From IMG/VR virus record IMGVR_UViG_3300010370_000025: a stretch of DNA of 64,000 nt; one strand, written 5' to 3'. Each line of letters opens with the position of its first letter. Within the stretch, counting starts at the first letter, position 1. Positions 1 to 9,900 of the stretch are shown here, piece by piece. A model generated the notes under the pieces. It was not told where the DNA came from. It made no database searches and saw only the letters and a program-made list of their open reading frames with translations. The position numbers and the translations under genes are program-made. This DNA is from a virus (Duplodnaviria; Heunggongvirae; Uroviricota; Caudoviricetes).

Positions 1-8
1 AATATATA

Positions 9-1121
9 ATGACAAACCCTATTAAAGTAGATACAACAACTACACCAGACTCTATAAAGCAAATGACAGATGCTGAGATGGACTATATTGTTCATCGCAT
101 TTTAACAACATTTGCTTCAAGTGATACAGGTGTAGGTACAGTTCAAGTTAACCCTGCATCTACAACTGGGTTAACTTTAATAGGTACTTTTAATGATACT
201 TATACTGATCCAGTAGGAACTCATCCTACTACTACAGTATATACTGCTGCTTATAATTTCTATCAAGACCTTCAAGTTGCTGCAGAAACGTTTATCAAAC
301 CACTTTTTGTTAATACATCTACTACACCTGATTCTTTAAAAGAACAAGATACAGAATTAAATACAACTATTATTGCTAGAGCATTAGCTAATCTTGTAAA
401 CCAAGGAATAGGCTCATACTATTTTAGTACTACTGCTCCAGCTGGCGGCACATGGACAGCTAAAGCAACAATTTCAGATAATACAGATATAAGCACTACA
501 CAAAATACTATTTACCTATGGAGAAAAACAGCAGCTGCGTCTATTCCTGCTACTGTAAGACCGCTTAAAAATGATACTACTACTACACCAGATTCTCTTA
601 AAGAGATGACAGATGCAGAAATAAATGATTTAGTTGATAGACTTAGAAATCAAATAGTTAGTACGGGTATAGGCACATATGATTTAGTAGCGGGGGCTGC
701 ACCAGTTGCACCTACACCAGGTACATGGATTCAAGTAGGACTTACTTTTTCGGATGATAGACGTAATTTTGCTTCTATAGGTTACACATCAAACTATTCA
801 GGTAACTATACAGGTGGTTACACAGGCACATTTACTGGTAACTATTCAAAAGCATTTTCTGGTACTTATACTGGCACCTATTCAGGTAACTATACAGGGC
901 CTACTTATTATTCAGGGTTTGCAGGTGCACCTACAAAAGCATATACAGGTAACTATTCAGGTAATTATACTGGTGCTTATACAGGCACATTCTCTGGTAA
1001 CTATTCACAAGCATTTTCTGGTACATACACAGGATCATACAGCACCACTTTCTCTGGTAGCACTGTACAAACTGCAACATCAGCTATAAGTTATAGGTCT
1101 TTGTTTTTGCGCATTGCTTAA
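9..1121 (+). CDS. Repeat-rich virion structural/fiber-like protein. It has three ~90-aa TTTPDSLKE..D(A)E repeats and a C-terminal G-N-Y-T/S-G low-complexity array.
   Basis: Long ORF with internal repeats visible in the translation. Thr/Gly/Tyr-rich composition is typical of phage fibers and decoration proteins. Confidence 0.45.
   Translation: MTNPIKVDTTTTPDSIKQMTDAEMDYIVHRILTTFASSDTGVGTVQVNPASTTGLTLIGTFNDTYTDPVGTHPTTTVYTAAYNFYQDLQVAAETFIKPLFVNTSTTPDSLKEQDTELNTTIIARALANLVNQGIGSYYFSTTAPAGGTWTAKATISDNTDISTTQNTIYLWRKTAAASIPATVRPLKNDTTTTPDSLKEMTDAEINDLVDRLRNQIVSTGIGTYDLVAGAAPVAPTPGTWIQVGLTFSDDRRNFASIGYTSNYSGNYTGGYTGTFTGNYSKAFSGTYTGTYSGNYTGPTYYSGFAGAPTKAYTGNYSGNYTGAYTGTFSGNYSQAFSGTYTGSYSTTFSGSTVQTATSAISYRSLFLRIA
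790..1060. repeat. Tandem short-period coding repeat (..aactattcaggtaactatacaggt.. units) that encodes the (Y/F)TG(N/T)YSG array.
   Basis: Direct nucleotide repetition visible in the sequence. Confidence 0.6.
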
Positions 1122-1147
1122 TTTTTTTTTTATATTATGAGGTCATT

Positions 1148-1579
1148 ATGGACGAGCGAAAAATAGAAAACCCCTTATGGGTTGACGATGATAAAAATCA
1201 AGTTATTTGTAATTTAATAAACGAAAAAGGTAAATTTACTTGTATTATTACAAGATCTGAACCAGGTCAGAACCCTGATTGGGATCTTGTTACTAGTAAA
1301 TATACAGAAGAACATATTGATGAAAATACTAGAAAAAATTTCAATATTACTGAGAGAATAAAGCTTCAAAAATTTGAAGAATATAAATTAAATGTTGATA
1401 AGCATTTGAAAGAAAAACTTTTTAATATTAAAGCTGAAGCATTTGAAATCGATTATATTAAAAACTCTACTAATAGAGAGTTAAAAAACAAGTTACGTAG
1501 AGCTAAGAACGTGCTTGAAGCGCAAATCGTAGCTACGATTCTATATCAAGAAGAATTTAATAAAACCAAAGTGAGCTAA
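1148..1579 (+). CDS. Hypothetical protein
   Basis: ORF of 143 aa in a tight same-strand gene array. Confidence 0.4.
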   Translation: MDERKIENPLWVDDDKNQVICNLINEKGKFTCIITRSEPGQNPDWDLVTSKYTEEHIDENTRKNFNITERIKLQKFEEYKLNVDKHLKEKLFNIKAEAFEIDYIKNSTNRELKNKLRRAKNVLEAQIVATILYQEEFNKTKVS

Positions 1580-1580
1580 A

Positions 1581-2348
1581 ATGAATAATGGTTATGTATA
1601 TGTGGCATCACTTAGTAAAGCTTATTATAAAGCGGCAGTAAGATCTGCTATTTCTCTAAAAGATAATTATCCAGAAGCAAAAATTACTTTATTTACTCAT
1701 GAAGAATTTGTAGATGAGTCAGATAGAGTTTTTTTTGATAAAATAATTACAAATATACCTGTTCATATTAGAGCTAAGATGTATGGCATTGCAAGAACGC
1801 CTTATGATAATACTTTATATTTAGACTGTGATACTGAAATTTATAGTTCAGAAATTTCTAACGTATTTGAATTCCTAAATGATGGTAGCGATATTAAATT
1901 TTCACCTATAGTTTCACATGTTAGTAAATCTAGAAAAGTAGATGAAGATAATCAGTTAGAATATCATGGCGGTGTTATTTTATATAATAATAAACCGCTT
2001 ACAATTAGTCTTATTAATGACTGGTACGAATTATATCTAGAACAGATTTCTAGCAAATGGCATTTATCACAGTTTAAAGATTATAGCAATCTCATGCAAC
2101 CATGGGATCAATTTACTATGTGGTATCTTTTACATAAAGTAGACAAATATAAAGATATTAAAAGTGGATTTATTGACAACGGTAATTTAAAATGGAACTA
2201 TATTTACTTGCTCGAGGATACAAGCAATCCTAAAAACGAGCCATATAGAGATATTGAACCAGTCATTTACCATTATACTATACCAAGGAGTCATTCCGAT
2301 GAAAGTTGTATCATTAAACCACCCGGAATTGCGACAGATTTTAGATAA
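1581..2348 (+). CDS. Putative nucleotide-sugar glycosyltransferase (GT-A like, DxD 'LDCDTE')
   Basis: Motif 'YLDCDTEIY' resembles the DxD sugar-nucleotide binding site of GT8-like transferases. It lies in a cluster of similar genes. Confidence 0.3.
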   Translation: MNNGYVYVASLSKAYYKAAVRSAISLKDNYPEAKITLFTHEEFVDESDRVFFDKIITNIPVHIRAKMYGIARTPYDNTLYLDCDTEIYSSEISNVFEFLNDGSDIKFSPIVSHVSKSRKVDEDNQLEYHGGVILYNNKPLTISLINDWYELYLEQISSKWHLSQFKDYSNLMQPWDQFTMWYLLHKVDKYKDIKSGFIDNGNLKWNYIYLLEDTSNPKNEPYRDIEPVIYHYTIPRSHSDESCIIKPPGIATDFR

Positions 2349-2940
2349 TTTTAGCTTATGGTTTTTTAATCAAGATCTTAAAGAGTTAGAAGAGCACTTA
2401 ACACCAGATGCTAGAAAAAGAATAGGTGATAAAGATGGAACTACATCTTTAGATTATTTAAAGAAAGCATTAAACACACCAGAAGAATATGGCTACCCTA
2501 AATCTACTTGTGGTGTAGAGATGATGAATGGTGTAGGTGTTGTACCTACTAAGTTTGTACGCAAAGCTAAAGAAGCTAACGATGCATTAATGGAGTTTTT
2601 CGGTGCTAGAAATAATGCTCTTCAGATGTATTATCCTGCTGGTGGTTATATCGGCTGGCATAACAATTGCAATGCATCTGGTTACAACATAGTTTTATCT
2701 TGTAACCCTGAAGGTGATGGTGAGTTTGAACACTATGATCATATTAACAATAAACTAAATGTTTTTAAAGATGAAAAGAACTGGAATGTTAAGGTAGGGT
2801 ATTTTGGTTCAGCTAAAGAACAAGATAAAATTTATTGGCATTGTGCAAGAACTAGAACGCCTAGAATTACATTTAGTTATGTAGTATACGATAAGAATAT
2901 ATGGAATGATATGGTAGCTGATATAGAATATGCTGGTTAA
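2299..2940 (+). CDS. Hypothetical protein (possible cupin/oxygenase-like fold)
   Basis: ORF with an ATG at 2299 preceded by AAGGAG (2285-2290). The track start at 2254 is TTG. Confidence 0.35.
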   Translation: MKVVSLNHPELRQILDNFSLWFFNQDLKELEEHLTPDARKRIGDKDGTTSLDYLKKALNTPEEYGYPKSTCGVEMMNGVGVVPTKFVRKAKEANDALMEFFGARNNALQMYYPAGGYIGWHNNCNASGYNIVLSCNPEGDGEFEHYDHINNKLNVFKDEKNWNVKVGYFGSAKEQDKIYWHCARTRTPRITFSYVVYDKNIWNDMVADIEYAG

Positions 2941-3649
2941 ATTTATAGTATTTAAATGGGGTACTAAGTATCCTGCTTATTACGTTAACAGACTTTATAA
3001 TAGTATTAAAAAAACGTTTACTGGTAATTTTGAATTTTATTGTATTACAGATGATACAAAAGATATTATAGATGAAGTTAAATGTCTATCATTTGACGAT
3101 ATAAACTATAAGCAATCAAACGTATTTACTTTACAAAAACTACACCTATTTAACCCTTCAAATATTCCATTTGAGGGGCCATTTGTGTTGTTAGACTTAG
3201 ATATATTAGTTCTTAAAGATTTAAATTTATATTTTAATGAATATAAATTTTTAGAACCAAGAATAATAAAAAACTACTGGACACCAGAAGACAATATTAA
3301 CATGTATTATCATGTAGGTACATGTATAATTAATAGTAGTTTTGTTACATGGGACAAAGATCAATTTAAATTTTTATATGATTATTATCAAAAACACAAA
3401 GATATAATAGAATATAAAATTCATAGTTTAGACAAATTTATTTACTATACAAATTATGAAAATTTAAAATTTCATCCTCGTAAAATAGTATATGCTTATA
3501 GTTTTGGTGCTGAATATCCTGATGATTTAGAACCATATAAAAAGAGAGATGAATATAGTATAGCTTTATTCAACACTTCTCATAATAGAGGTGTAGAATT
3601 ACATGATACTAAAGATTGGGCAAATGAATACTGGCGAAATTTTAACTGA
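2930..3649 (+). CDS. Putative glycosyltransferase-like protein (paralog A, 'FEFYCITDD...LLDLDILV')
   Basis: Shares the N-terminal 'FEF(Y/I)(C/L)ITD' motif and a D-x-D acidic motif with the minus-strand ORF 4181-4789. Confidence 0.3.
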   Translation: MLVKFIVFKWGTKYPAYYVNRLYNSIKKTFTGNFEFYCITDDTKDIIDEVKCLSFDDINYKQSNVFTLQKLHLFNPSNIPFEGPFVLLDLDILVLKDLNLYFNEYKFLEPRIIKNYWTPEDNINMYYHVGTCIINSSFVTWDKDQFKFLYDYYQKHKDIIEYKIHSLDKFIYYTNYENLKFHPRKIVYAYSFGAEYPDDLEPYKKRDEYSIALFNTSHNRGVELHDTKDWANEYWRNFN

Positions 3650-4205
3650 AAAAATTTTTAATATTCATAATAAGCTAGGCAATGATAGCCCAGCTTTTAG
3701 TGAATTACGAAATAAAGAAATAGTTAAAAAAGAATTTTTTATTTCAAGATTTATTCTTGACTATTTTGAAAATTTAGATAGTGTAACCATAATAGGAAGT
3801 AGGTTTCCTATTAATTATATTATGTTTTTAAATTCGTTAGGAGTAGATAATATTACAGTTATAGATTATCACCCTATGCTTCAAAAACACGGACAACATC
3901 TTAATAGTAAAGTTATTATTAAGAGACCGCTTTTTGATGATTTAAATGAATATGTAATAGATTCTGATTTAGTAATATTTCCTAATACAGAATATCTAGT
4001 ACCTCTTAAAATGCTTAGCTATTATAAAAATTGCAAAAACGTAGTTGCAGTAAACCATATTAATATGCAACACAATTTCAATAATTATAGAATAAAAAAT
4101 GATTATACTTTTGCAGAAGATTGCAATTTAAATAATGTAGAGAATTTTAAAGTGTCTTTTAATAGTCAATGTTATATGGCTTATGGTACAAACACGGCTT
4201 TGTGA
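3624..4205 (+). CDS. Hypothetical protein
   Basis: ORF with the first in-frame ATG at 3624. The track start at 3603 is non-ATG. Confidence 0.3.
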   Translation: MNTGEILTEKIFNIHNKLGNDSPAFSELRNKEIVKKEFFISRFILDYFENLDSVTIIGSRFPINYIMFLNSLGVDNITVIDYHPMLQKHGQHLNSKVIIKRPLFDDLNEYVIDSDLVIFPNTEYLVPLKMLSYYKNCKNVVAVNHINMQHNFNNYRIKNDYTFAEDCNLNNVENFKVSFNSQCYMAYGTNTAL

Positions 4206-4789
4206 TTGATTGCGATTTTTGTATCTTTATTGGCTGCATACGATAGCGTAATGTTATTTTTAAAGTAACCAACATTACCATACTTATTAATGAAAGTATC
4301 ATCCCCAAAATGCTTAGTGACATGAGTTTCTATATCCTTTTCAAAGAAATGCCAGAGCCAAGTCTTATCACCTTTCCATCCCATAATGCTAGTATTACCC
4401 TTACTTAAGAAAGAATCTGGGTTTTGTATTTTTACTGATTGTTGAAAATATCTCTCATTTTTCCACCAAGCATCAACTACTAAAATATTATCTTCAATTT
4501 GATCAAACATATCATCAAAGTTTTTTCTAATATCAGTATCTAAGTCAAAATATATATTAATATATTCACCAAAAAAATTAGGATGAAATATTAACATTTT
4601 ATTCCACCAAGTATCTAATTGATATTCAGAAAAATTATAACATTTAATATTTGGTAATTCTATATTTCTATCAGTTATTAAAATAAATTCAAAATCTTTA
4701 GTACAATGCTTTCTACATTGATCATAAAGTCTTAAAACGTGACTAACATTATATTTTGGTTTGACTAGAACAGAGAAGATTCTATACAT
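4181..4789 (-). CDS. Putative glycosyltransferase-like protein (paralog B, 'FEFILITDR...FDLDTD')
   Basis: Paralogous motifs to ORF 2930-3649. This is the only minus-strand gene in the first 29 kb. Confidence 0.3.
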   Translation of the reverse strand: MYRIFSVLVKPKYNVSHVLRLYDQCRKHCTKDFEFILITDRNIELPNIKCYNFSEYQLDTWWNKMLIFHPNFFGEYINIYFDLDTDIRKNFDDMFDQIEDNILVVDAWWKNERYFQQSVKIQNPDSFLSKGNTSIMGWKGDKTWLWHFFEKDIETHVTKHFGDDTFINKYGNVGYFKNNITLSYAANKDTKIAINHKAVFVP

Positions 4790-5567
4790 GAATGATTTAA
4801 ATTATGCTATTGAATGTTTAAAATTAAAAAACGAAAAATATACCACTCACGAGTGGTTGAAAATTAATGCTAATTTATTACCTAGTGTATCTAGTACTAA
4901 GATAGCTTTAAAATGCTTTGATCTTGAACATACTCATCTTTTTAAATCAGAGATGCTTATTGAATGGCTTGAAATATGTAAAATGTTCAATATAGATTTT
5001 AGCGATCTTTTTCATGATAACCAGACTAAAAGTAAAAAGTGGTTAACTGATAAACTTAAAAAATATATTCTTAAAACTCATAAAAATAATATTTTTATTT
5101 TTGGAGGCTGGTATGGAATCTTAGCATATATGCTACAGCATGATACTGATATTACCACCAAATATATTTATAATATTGATAAAAATCAAGCTCTTTATGA
5201 GCCTGCAAGAAGATTTAATAATAAAAGTATGTATTATCAACATATAATTGCAGATATGATAGATTATGAATACCCGTTTAGACCTAATATTGTTATTAAT
5301 ACAAGCTGTGAGCATCTTAGCAGAGATGAATTTTTAGCTTGGTATAAAAAGATACCAGATGCTGTTACAGTTGTTTTGCAAACAAATAATTACGATAAAA
5401 TTCAAGAGCACGTAGGTTGCTTTGAGAATTTAAATACTTTCTCTCATTTTATCAGAGAAAGCCTTAAAGTTGGCGGCGATAATATCTATTATACTGGTAA
5501 GCTTGAAATGTCTAATTTCGAGAGATACATGGTTATTTTTAAGAAACCGTCTGATGTGGTTTTATAA
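4788..5567 (+). CDS. Hypothetical protein (possible SAM-methyltransferase-like, 'IFIFGGWYG')
   Basis: ORF with ATG at 4788. Its start codon overlaps the start of the divergent minus-strand gene (shared CATG). Confidence 0.3.
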   Translation: MNDLNYAIECLKLKNEKYTTHEWLKINANLLPSVSSTKIALKCFDLEHTHLFKSEMLIEWLEICKMFNIDFSDLFHDNQTKSKKWLTDKLKKYILKTHKNNIFIFGGWYGILAYMLQHDTDITTKYIYNIDKNQALYEPARRFNNKSMYYQHIIADMIDYEYPFRPNIVINTSCEHLSRDEFLAWYKKIPDAVTVVLQTNNYDKIQEHVGCFENLNTFSHFIRESLKVGGDNIYYTGKLEMSNFERYMVIFKKPSDVVL

Positions 5568-5570
5568 ATA
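5563..5570 (+). promoter_or_regulatory. T4-type late promoter TATAAATA
   Basis: Exact TATAAATA about 20 bp upstream of the 5591 ATG. Confidence 0.55.
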
Positions 5571-5590
5571 ATAATAAACGAGAGAAAACC

Positions 5591-5920
5591 ATGGCAACTA
5601 AATTAAATCTTGTAATCGATCAAGGCGCAACTTATTCAAATACCTCTATTATTGCCTATGATAGCAGCAATAATGTTATGAATCTAACTGATAGTTCTAT
5701 TACTGCAAAGATTCGCAAACATTATACTTCTACAAATGCTACGTCTTTTACTGCTTCAGGTAATAGTTCAGGTGTCATTACTCTCTCTTTAACAGCTAAT
5801 TCTACAGCTAATCTTACTGCTGGACGATATGTATATGATGTGGTAGCTACCAGTAATACTGGCACAGTTACTCGTGTGAAAGAAGGTATTGTTACAGTAA
5901 CTCCACGAGCAACTTATTAA
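5591..5920 (+). CDS. Small Thr/Ser-rich late protein (probable virion protein)
   Basis: Preceded by a late promoter. Its composition resembles beta-rich structural proteins. Confidence 0.4.
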   Translation: MATKLNLVIDQGATYSNTSIIAYDSSNNVMNLTDSSITAKIRKHYTSTNATSFTASGNSSGVITLSLTANSTANLTAGRYVYDVVATSNTGTVTRVKEGIVTVTPRATY

Positions 5921-5929
5921 AGGTGAAAT

Positions 5930-6550
5930 ATGATAACTCAAGAAGAACTTAAAAAACACTATCCAAACGCAAACGATAAAGTATTAAAGGCTTTAGTAGA
6001 AAGCCTTAAGTTACTTGCAGACAAGTATGGTATTAATACTCCACTTCGTCTTTCTCATTTCTTGGCTCAAACAGCGCATGAATCAGGTGGATATAGAGCA
6101 GTAGAAGAAAATCTTAATTACTCAGCTGACGGTCTTAATAAGATCTTTCCTAAGTATTTTAAAAATGCTGGGCGTGATGCTCAAGCATATCATCGTCAGC
6201 CAGAAAAAATTGCTAACATTGTTTATGCTTCACGCATGGGTAACGGAGACACTGCATCTGGAGACGGATACAAGTTCCGTGGCCGCGGAGTAATTCAATT
6301 AACAGGCCGTTCTAATTATACTAACTTTGCAAAAGACATGGGTATTCAGCTTGAAGAAGCAGTTTCTTATCTTGCTACTCCACAGGGAGCAGTAGAGTCT
6401 GGCGCATGGTTCTGGAATAAGAATGGTCTCAATGCACTTGCTGATAAAGACGATGTTACTGCAGTTACAAAAAAGATTAACGGTGGTACTATTGGTCTTG
6501 AAGATCGTAAGAAGCATACTGAAGATTTTAAGAAAATTCTTAAAGCCTAA
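5930..6550 (+). CDS. Glycoside hydrolase family 19 (chitinase-like) lysozyme. It may be a virion-associated or endolysin peptidoglycan hydrolase.
   Basis: Motifs 'FLAQTAHESGGY' and 'GRGVIQLTGRSNY' are characteristic of GH19 phage lysozymes. It sits immediately upstream of a PAAR gene. Confidence 0.7.
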   Translation: MITQEELKKHYPNANDKVLKALVESLKLLADKYGINTPLRLSHFLAQTAHESGGYRAVEENLNYSADGLNKIFPKYFKNAGRDAQAYHRQPEKIANIVYASRMGNGDTASGDGYKFRGRGVIQLTGRSNYTNFAKDMGIQLEEAVSYLATPQGAVESGAWFWNKNGLNALADKDDVTAVTKKINGGTIGLEDRKKHTEDFKKILKA

Positions 6551-6552
6551 AA

Positions 6553-6915
6553 ATGCCTAAAGTTGCCAGACTCGGTGACACCAGTACACATGGTGGCACT
6601 ATAATTACATCTGCTGTTAAATCTTATTCTGCAGGGTCTCTTATAGCTAGAGTAACTGATACTTTAGCATGCCCTATTCACGGCAATGTTCCTATTATAA
6701 ATGGGTCTGGCAACTTTATTACTGAAGGAAAAATTACAGCAGTTCATGGCAGTTTATGTGGGTGTGGTGCTACAATTGTAGTTAATCCAGATACTAAGCA
6801 CCTTGCACCTTTAGAATCTGCAAAAAGTGCTCTTATTCTTAATGATGTTTCTAAGGGTAGAATTGATTATACTGGACCTCCTGTTGTACCTGGTACATCT
6901 AATCCTATAGGGTAA
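6553..6915 (+). CDS. PAAR-repeat spike-tip protein (T4 gp5.4-like)
   Basis: A ~120-aa protein whose 'LGD..HGG' and 'HGS.C.CG' motifs fit the PAAR domain. Confidence 0.6.
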   Translation: MPKVARLGDTSTHGGTIITSAVKSYSAGSLIARVTDTLACPIHGNVPIINGSGNFITEGKITAVHGSLCGCGATIVVNPDTKHLAPLESAKSALILNDVSKGRIDYTGPPVVPGTSNPIG

Positions 6916-6916
6916 A

Positions 6917-9900
6917 ATGACATTAAAAATATTTACTGCAGGTGAAGTACTTACAGCTGAAGATCTAAATGAGCAGTTTCAATTACTTGTTAATAACAGC
7001 CATGTAAATACTCTTAACTCAGTTCCACAGTATACATTTAATGGTAATATTGTAGTGAATAGCGCTATAATAGCTAATAGCGCTATGGGTGCAACCAATC
7101 AAGTATTAGCTTCAGATGGTAACAAACCTTATTGGGTATATGTCTCTGCATTAGGTTCTAGCATTAATACTGCAGCACAATTTAATTGGTCAAACGATCA
7201 CACATTTAGTGATTATGTAACATTTAGTAATTTAGTTACTTTCGGCAACACAACAGTAAATACTACTATTAACTCTTCGTCTATATCTGTGACAGATGTG
7301 ATTGTATCAGGTAATTTAACTGTATCAGGCACTACAACTTCTATTAATACAATAGCATTTAATGTTAGTGATCCTATTGTAACTCTAAATGCAGATCATA
7401 CAGGTGCACCTACGGATAATGTAGGGTTAGAAGTAAATCGCGGAACATCTACTAACGCATATTTTTATTTTGATGAGACTAATGATAAATGGCAAGCGAA
7501 TGATAATTTAAAAGTAGCAGGCACTTTTGAGGCAGGTAACTCATCAGTAACAGGTTTTGTTAACGCTACAGTATCTGTTAACTCTGCTATTTTATCTGTA
7601 GGCACTAATTTAATAGCAAACACTACAGGTCTATATCATACCGGCGCTATCAATTCTACATCAGTAAACGCTGCTTCCCATACAGTAGGTTCTAATTTTA
7701 TTGCAAATACTACTGGTGCTTATCATACCGGTACTATGAATGCAGCTTCATTTACTACTACAGGTGTAACAGCTAACGTAACCGGTGTTTATCCAACATC
7801 AAACACATCAGGACAAAACTTAGGTACTGATACTCAAAGATTCGATGCATTTTTAGATGTAGTTAACCTATCAGGTTCATTAACATCAAACGCTGGTGCT
7901 AATGCTATACTACTTACAAATGCTACTTCAAATTGGATTTATTATAATACTGCAGGAGTCGCCGCTCCTGCTGCAACTACTAGAAGCGCTGGTACAAAAA
8001 TAATATTATATCCTAATATTGGTGCAGCAAGTGTTGATTATGCTATAGGTATAGAAGGTAGCACTTTATGGCAATCGGTATCTACAACATCAAACCAGTT
8101 TAAATGGTATGCTAACGTAACTAACTTTATGTCCGCTAATACTACTGGTTTATACCATACCGGGCTAATAAATGCAACAACTGTTAACGCAACAACACTC
8201 TCTACTACCAGTTTCTCTGCTAATTCAACATTAGTTAACGCTGCAGCACTTAATATAACTAATCAAATTAATACCGCTACATTGTACGCAACTACATCAG
8301 CTAATATTGCATCTGTAGTACAGGCTAATACTAGCGGTCTATTTAATACAGCAAACACAACATTAGGTTCTGATTCTGCTGATAGAATAACGTTTAATGC
8401 ATATGCAGCAAGCAGTTTAATCCCTGCAGCTAACGCAACTTATGATTTAGGTGCACCAACTACAGGTTATTATAAAAATGTTTATTCCAATGCTTTTATC
8501 GGTACAATAGGCACATTCTTAGGTGATGTGACTGTAGGTGGTAACTTAACTATTACTGGTTCTACAGTATCCCTATCAGGTAATACTATTACCTTTACTG
8601 ACAATATGTTATACCTTAACCAGGGTATATTAGCTACCATTACAGGTATATCTAGTAATGGTACTCATGTTATATTTACTGCTAATAACAACTACTCTGC
8701 AGGATGGGACGTTGCTGTTACAGGCGTTACTCCTGCATCATATAACGGTACATATTTAAATATTTTCGCTGCTAACTCTACAACGTTTACTGTTGCTAAC
8801 ACAAACGTAGACGCCTATGTATCTGGAGGTACTGCGAGAGGTAAATCAGATGCTAATCCAGATCTAGGTTTTGCAGCAGGTTATAATGATGGTACATATC
8901 ATCATGCTGGCTTCTTCAGAGATGCTTCTGATGGTAGATGGAAAGTATTTGATAATTATGATCCAGAGCCAGATACATCAATTTATATTGATACTACAAA
9001 CCTCTCATTCCATTTTGCAGACTTTGAAGCAAATAGTATATATGGTGGTAATACATCAGTTGACTGGTTTGTAGCTAACACAACAGGTGTTTACCATACA
9101 GGCACTGTAAACGCTGCTTCACATACTGTAGGAACTTCTTTTACTGCTAACTCTACAGTAGTTAACGCTGTTGCATATAATATTAGCACGACATTTATTG
9201 CTAATACTACTGGTGTTTACCACACAGGTATTATTAATGCAGCTTCATTTACAGTAGGCGCTTCTTTAGTAGCAAATTCAACTGGCGTGTATCACACAGG
9301 AACTGTTAATGCTGCATCATATACTGTTGGCACTGCATTTGTAGCTAATACTACAGGTATATACCATACAGGCACTATCGCGCAATCTTTAATTGCAGGC
9401 ACATTAGTTTTAAATGGTAGCACCGGATCTATAGTATTAGATAGTAGCGGGCATAAGCGTATAAGTTGGAATGATGGTGCTGGCAACTTTAATATAAGAG
9501 CTGGTAATTTTTTTAATGGTACTTCGCTAGTATATGCAGCTGACGGCGCTACATCCGGTGGCGCTGCTACAATTCAATTGTCTTCTGATGCTGCTGACGG
9601 TACTGTGTCTCTATTTACTGCACCTATAGGTGCTAACGGTACTGCAGTAACATACTCAACATCTCTTGTATTAAATACTACATTTACCGCAATAGTTGCT
9701 AATTTATCTGTTACTGGTAATACCACAATAACCGGGTATGTTAATGCAACATCATCAATTAATGCTTCTTCATTTACTGTTGGTACTGCATTTACAGCTA
9801 ACTCTACAGTAGTTAACGCTGTTGCTTATAATATTGGTACTACATATGTTGCTAATACTTTGGGCTTGTATCATACAGGAACAGTTAATGCTGCATCGCA

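Noticed and set aside
814-1089. 91-aa + ORF inside the 9-1121 gene in another frame
   Set aside because: It lies within the low-complexity repeat region of a longer, better-supported ORF. It is a frame artefact of the repeat.
5133-5315. 60-aa minus-strand ORF inside 4788-5567
   Set aside because: Antisense to a longer ORF. AT-rich sequence readily yields such ORFs.
8871-9074. Small + and - ORFs inside the fiber gene (8871-9074, 9292-9486, 10502-10717)
   Set aside because: Nested within a 1288-aa ORF with a coherent repeat structure.
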